A stretch of DNA of 64,000 bases. Origin: Candidatus Poribacteria bacterium (lineage in GTDB: Bacteria > Poribacteria > WGA-4E > WGA-3G). Each line of letters opens with the position of its first letter. Position 1 is the stretch's first letter. Below are positions 60,601 through 64,000 of the stretch, one piece after another. The position numbers and the translations under genes are program-made. The notes under the pieces were generated by a model. The model had not been told where the DNA came from. It searched no databases and worked only from the letters and a program-made list of their open reading frames with translations. The DNA is taken from assembly GCA_022821965.1 (NCBI GenBank), contig JAJECN010000015.1:54785-118784 (forward strand), written 5' to 3'.

Positions 60601-61927
60601 AGAATGGGAAAAAGAGTGGGAACAAACACGCGATGGCAAATGCTGGCTTGGCAAGAATGGAAGCAAATGGGATTTTTACCCTCGGTACGAATTGGTTTGG
60701 AACGATCATCCTCATGTTGCTGGGGTTTTTGAAGGTGAGGTTCCATTTTGGAAATTCGACGGTAGTTTATTAGACCTTGCTAAGCATCTGGAAGTCGAAT
60801 GTTGCTCTCGAGCCGTGATAGAAGTCCAGCCTTGTGGTGTCCAAGAAGAGGATAAGGATTGGTCAGCGAGGGTCCGAGATCTGCGTCCATATATTCATGC
60901 CTTTCTCAATTCACCGAGTTTGTGTGAGTTACAAGAAGATAAATCTGCCCATATTTTAGATTTTTTGTCGGTTCGCTTGGTCGAGAAGTTAGAAACGGCG
61001 TATACATTGAAAAAAGTTTCCTTGATTGATCCAAACGCACCTCAGAGTTTTTTAGATGTGACCGACCAGAAAGTAGTACTCTGGTTGGCATTGGAGGCAG
61101 GTGTAAGTGAATATGCAGAGCTGATCGGTGATGCTTTACAGGGATACTTTGATGTTAGAGATCTAGGGAGATTTGCCGAAGATTTGCTGACAAAAAAACG
61201 AGATCGTGTGCTTTCCCGCTGGCAACAAAAGGGTCTCGAAATAGATATTTGCCTAATGCCAGAAACGGATACTAAAAAAGGTGAAGGAAAACAACCGATA
61301 CCTATTAATGAGGAACTTCCAGCTCAATCTAATGATGAAGATGCTAATTTGGTAAAGGATGAATCTGATACGGGAATCCTAGTAGTCGATGAGATTTCTG
61401 AGCACAGCAGTGGAATGATTAATTCGAGAACAGACGAATCTGGACACCATGAATATACTCCGCGTTCCAGTGGTACAAGTTGGTCGGGTGGGCATTCAAT
61501 AAGTACGTCTAGTGGAAAAAGTAAGGGCAAAGGCCATAGTGGTCACTATGGAAGTGAGGAAAGCGATGAACATCGAGAATTAAAGGAATACCTAGCAGCG
61601 AAAACCTTTGAACTTGGTATCGGATTGAAACTCGTTGAGGTTGAGTATACATTCGGGTCAGGCGATAGAGTGGATATTTTGCTGAAGGATGATTTTGGGA
61701 ATCCTGTAACTGTAGAAGTGGAAATAGGTTTTTCATCCAAAGCCGGAAGATACATCGGGATTTGGCAAGCCATAAAGTATCAGCATCTTGCGGCTGTGGA
61801 ATATGGTTTGCCGTGTGAACAGGTACGTAGTATTCTTGCAGCGCCAGAAATTCCTGAAGACATTAAAAAGAAATGTAAGGAATTGGGAATTGAACCCATT
61901 GAGGTTTCTAATCAGACGAAAGCATAG
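57608..61927 (+). CDS. 1439-aa sacsin/NOV-like GHKL (HATPase_c) ATPase with DUF3883/PD-(D/E)xK-like C-terminal domain
   Basis: N-terminal Bergerat N-box ELIQNADDN and G-box GTFGIGFKAVY. Low-complexity S/G/H/K linker. C-terminal GDRVDILLKD...VTVEVEIG beta-strand motif. Confidence 0.65.
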   Translation: MATDYKKIAEEHEKRYGWDVKPRRIYKRLYNDKTHFVYELIQNADDNESLNLELQLDKNELFVWNDGYQFSEEDVRNICSLGSSNKDLTQIGTFGIGFKAVYNYTDFPEIYSGAERFLIRDLIKPESIAEMDFAVAKQVGNGKTVFHLPFKDGLRQEDIERLKNRLLNLNKRALLFLRHLEMVHWRDARDAQEGSYSCHRQPHSKIQNASEVKLTVSLNGDNQPSETFLVFRKEVQPPQDVINQLLQQEEDDEDRHRIKRSAEKLQPVEVAFKVQDGGVTPIDDCVLFAYLPTQKETHLRFLIQARYQTTPARDNISNDNPWNKWLVQETANFLPDVLEQLKAGGLLTPTFFNVMPLRDDNVPVEYGPISESLGRAMRDRSFVPTQNGGYAKAEHVLYPHAESLRQLIKSDWMHPNNWLHPEIRNTKEFRRCFRAICEAGVEIASTGRVLRWLERKTPSWLEGRCSEWLCSLYVYLNSQKSELKRIKKLPLVRLESGKHVCADNQSVFFPPDQAEVREDMVSFFMELPILQSSLLAGNTRNVIETFLKSLGVRMLHPEDLIRESICPRYLQTEKPTEAQNRAHVRYLRHFLSKASKAARSSLSKEISKIPILSVYRGNQRKPLDFLEPCNAYLSQAYTSDTSLETYFSECGNVWYVDDNYIENDSDRKKWLQFFKSIDVMETPRVIEENLTISSQNRQELDKRGLEWKNSKKGLIIEDRHFDGLPEVLARVSNHKEMDLAQVLWHLLVKALPSGESQRDALFQGIYRWGTYSSQFESFQAMFYRQLQKAAWLPDEQENFRVPAECFAPTSENRKVLGDSVAYLHPDFDISQDSEAARWLARKLGVHLDANMDSVLNYLQALSRTGVSVEQVKPLYCFLAQQNSCRSEEFKQKPLIFTSNPETNWWKLDKVFWEDENPVFGNHRGYLRESYADNEAILKPFFIALGVSERAAPLDYVRVIREVTSVELADDATVRERVKILYGRLWQSLQESGNLLNSEEWEKEWEQTRDGKCWLGKNGSKWDFYPRYELVWNDHPHVAGVFEGEVPFWKFDGSLLDLAKHLEVECCSRAVIEVQPCGVQEEDKDWSARVRDLRPYIHAFLNSPSLCELQEDKSAHILDFLSVRLVEKLETAYTLKKVSLIDPNAPQSFLDVTDQKVVLWLALEAGVSEYAELIGDALQGYFDVRDLGRFAEDLLTKKRDRVLSRWQQKGLEIDICLMPETDTKKGEGKQPIPINEELPAQSNDEDANLVKDESDTGILVVDEISEHSSGMINSRTDESGHHEYTPRSSGTSWSGGHSISTSSGKSKGKGHSGHYGSEESDEHRELKEYLAAKTFELGIGLKLVEVEYTFGSGDRVDILLKDDFGNPVTVEVEIGFSSKAGRYIGIWQAIKYQHLAAVEYGLPCEQVRSILAAPEIPEDIKKKCKELGIEPIEVSNQTKA

Positions 61928-62172
61928 GTGTCAATTTAAAGATTTTCGCCAGTGTTTTATAGACCATCTATATAAACATGCCGCCCTTACAGGGCTGAAG
62001 CGTTATAAACTGATGCTGCTATAAACATACCGTCCCCACGGGACTGAAGAGGTTTTTTGAAGCCTTCAAGGTTTCCGCGTAAATCCAGTTCGGTTAGGAA
62101 ACCAAACCTACCGGATCTGAGGAGCGAGACGATTGTTTTTTTAAATTGACATGTATGGTTTCTAATCAGACG
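61903..62172. repeat. structured intergenic element: 16-bp direct repeats flanking 12-bp terminal inverted repeats and two tandem hairpin-containing ~33-nt repeats
   Basis: GGTTTCTAATCAGACG occurs at 61903-61918 and 62157-62172. TGTCAATTTAAA at 61929-61940 is mirrored by TTTAAATTGACA at 62140-62151. Two internal hairpin repeats, ATAAACATGCCGCCCttacaGGGCTGAAG and ATAAACATACCGTCCCcacGGGACTGAAG, lie between them. Confidence 0.5.
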
Positions 62173-62182
62173 GAAAATACAG

Positions 62183-62812
62183 ATGGATGAAGTCGTCCAG
62201 AAGGTTACTGCGTTTATCGTGCGTGAAAGGGGTCGTGTCAAGGAATTACTTGTCTTTAAACATCCAACTGCCGGTATCCAAATTCCCGCAGGTACTGTTG
62301 AAAAGGGCGAAGATATTGAAACTGCTGTAAAGAGAGAGGCTTATGAAGAAACAGGCTTACAGTTTGTGGAAATCGAAGATTATCTGGGTTGTTTTGAGAA
62401 CGAATTGGAATGCAACCAAAGAATAATAGCGGAAACAACGCAGGTTTATATCGAACCCAACTTAAAGGCGATTCCCTACAAGCGAAAACTACCCAAAGGA
62501 CTTACCGTTGGTTACCATTCCACACAAGAGGATTTCACACACATTTCGTACATTGAGTATGAATATGACCAATTTTACGAGCCGATCTGCATTGACGCTA
62601 ATATCACTGGGTGGGTACCGAATGAAAACCTAAGTGCCCAGAAGAAAAGACATTTTTTCCTACTAACAACGCAAGAAGAAACGGCGGACGCGTGGGAATT
62701 AAAGAGCGATCAAGGACACATTTTCAAGCCGTACTGGACACCGCTTTCGCCGAAACCCCAAATTATACCGCCACAAGACAAGTGGTTGGATTTTGTCTAC
62801 GAGAGAATCTGA
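62183..62812 (+). CDS. Nudix hydrolase with C-terminal extension
   Basis: Nudix box GTVEKGEDIETAVKREAYEETGL. Confidence 0.75.
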   Translation: MDEVVQKVTAFIVRERGRVKELLVFKHPTAGIQIPAGTVEKGEDIETAVKREAYEETGLQFVEIEDYLGCFENELECNQRIIAETTQVYIEPNLKAIPYKRKLPKGLTVGYHSTQEDFTHISYIEYEYDQFYEPICIDANITGWVPNENLSAQKKRHFFLLTTQEETADAWELKSDQGHIFKPYWTPLSPKPQIIPPQDKWLDFVYERI

Positions 62813-62892
62813 ATTGTGATAGAATAAATGTGAGTAGGACGAGGTAACCTTTCCCTTACAGTTAAAATATTGGAACGGGGAGCAAGATAATT

Positions 62893-64000
62893 ATGGAACG
62901 CATCAAACTAACTTCGTTGGGACAAATTCATGAAGCCGACATCTCCTTTGGAGATCTGACAGTATTCGTCGGTGAACAAGCGAGTGGAAAGAGCATTCTA
63001 CTCCAGCTTATGAAGTTAATTTTAGACGCAGGCGATATTACGCAAACCCTTAAAAAACACGGTTTTGATTGGCACGAAAAAATAGAACATTTTCTATCTC
63101 TCTATTTTGGTGAAGGGATGGAGTGCATTTGGGACCCCGTCGCAACAAAAATCACCGTTGACAACGACACGTTTGAACTTGACAAAGTCCTAACGAAAAA
63201 AGGCAGAAAAAAAACGGAATCTCTCTGCATGATACCTGCACAACGGGTGATGACGCTCAAAGATGGATGGCCGCGCGCCTTTACGGACTATGCTATCGGT
63301 GACCCATACGTTATTAAACAATTCAGTGAACAATTACGACGATTGGTGGAAATGAAATTAGTTACCAGTGAAGATACTATTTTCCCGCAGGTAGGTCGCT
63401 TGAATAAAGTCGTCCGCGATGCAATTGGGGAAAGTATTTTTGGTGGGGCTAAGGTTAAATTGGATCGTTCAGGTTTACGTAAACGGATTGTCTTAGACAT
63501 GGCGGGCAGCCAACTGCCGTTTATGGTTTGGTCTACTGGGCAGAGAGAATTTGTACCGCTTTTGATGGGATTGTCCCAGTTAATGCCATCAGGCGGCGCG
63601 GCAAAAAAAAATAACCTCAACTGGGTTATTATTGAAGAACCGGAAATGGGCTTACATCCCCAAGCGATCTCAGCACTGCTTCTTATTTTTTTGGAGCTGC
63701 TAAGGCGAGGCTACAAAGTCATCGTTTCTACGCATTCATCCCAAATTTTAGAACTTATTTGGGCGATTCGATTTATTGCTAAGTCAAATTCTGCTCCAAC
63801 ACGGTTAAGACAGTTGTTGGATTTGAATGCAAATGTCTATTCCAAAGACCTCACGGAGACAATTTTGAGTGAAAAAACTTTCAAAACCTATTATTTTTCT
63901 CGTCAGGAGAGTGTTGTGAACGTCAAAGACATTTCAACCTTAGACGCTGAAGATCCAGATGAAGCAGTATCGGATTGGGGTGGTCTTACACTATTTAGTA
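62893..64000 (+). CDS. AAA_21/OLD-like ABC-type ATPase, 3'-truncated by window end
   Basis: SD GGGGAG precedes the ATG. Walker A GEQASGKS; LHPQ and VIVSTHS motifs. No stop codon before the window ends. Confidence 0.7.
   Translation, partial: MERIKLTSLGQIHEADISFGDLTVFVGEQASGKSILLQLMKLILDAGDITQTLKKHGFDWHEKIEHFLSLYFGEGMECIWDPVATKITVDNDTFELDKVLTKKGRKKTESLCMIPAQRVMTLKDGWPRAFTDYAIGDPYVIKQFSEQLRRLVEMKLVTSEDTIFPQVGRLNKVVRDAIGESIFGGAKVKLDRSGLRKRIVLDMAGSQLPFMVWSTGQREFVPLLMGLSQLMPSGGAAKKNNLNWVIIEEPEMGLHPQAISALLLIFLELLRRGYKVIVSTHSSQILELIWAIRFIAKSNSAPTRLRQLLDLNANVYSKDLTETILSEKTFKTYYFSRQESVVNVKDISTLDAEDPDEAVSDWGGLTLFS

Overview
This 64-kb bacterial chromosomal window has roughly 50% GC, Shine-Dalgarno-type ribosome-binding sites and frequent GTG/TTG starts. 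Its gene content suggests a Planctomycetota/PVC- or Poribacteria-like organism, at low confidence. No tRNA, rRNA or CRISPR was found, and no DGR reverse transcriptase is present. The main blocks are: (1) 1-11642, a same-strand tandem array of nine paralogous secreted proteins with an N-terminal signal peptide, carboxypeptidase-regulatory-like beta-sandwich domains and a C-terminal C-type lectin domain (CTLD). One paralog (1984-4026) is fused to an N-terminal ECF sigma factor and anti-sigma segment through a single transmembrane (TM) helix. One paralog is a recombinant with two CTLDs, and two are CTLD-less lipoproteins. (2) 11688-21289, a pyrimidine block with pyrB carrying a fused PyrI-type zinc domain, an Rpn-family PD-(D/E)xK nuclease/transposase-like gene inserted before pyrD, a 647-aa membrane protein and an HExxH membrane protease. 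It also contains aroC, a CHAD protein split by one in-frame TAA, and ROK glucokinase. (3) 21340-23371, an unknown 559-aa protein next to a decayed AAA_21-like ATPase pseudogene. (4) 23421-57538, carbohydrate and redox metabolism plus secreted proteins: an SDR epimerase, Ldh_2 dehydrogenase, ABC ATPase, two TPR-thioredoxin lipoprotein-like paralogs (one with a degenerate CxxC) and PA14-like and LamG-like secreted proteins sharing a conserved C-terminal tail. Also here are rfbB, PhyH, MDR-ADH, an Eis-like GNAT, a cupin, an orphan beta-class DNA methyltransferase, GH95, an ankyrin protein, a sulfatase, a TPR protein, uxuA, two cytoplasmic GH32 paralogs that appear to lack the catalytic Glu, VapBC and a secreted HExxH protease. 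(5) 57608-64000, a candidate defence island: a 1439-aa sacsin-like GHKL ATPase with a DUF3883/PD-(D/E)xK-like C-terminus, a 255-bp structured intergenic element with direct and inverted repeats, a Nudix hydrolase and an apparently intact AAA_21-like ATPase cut by the window end.
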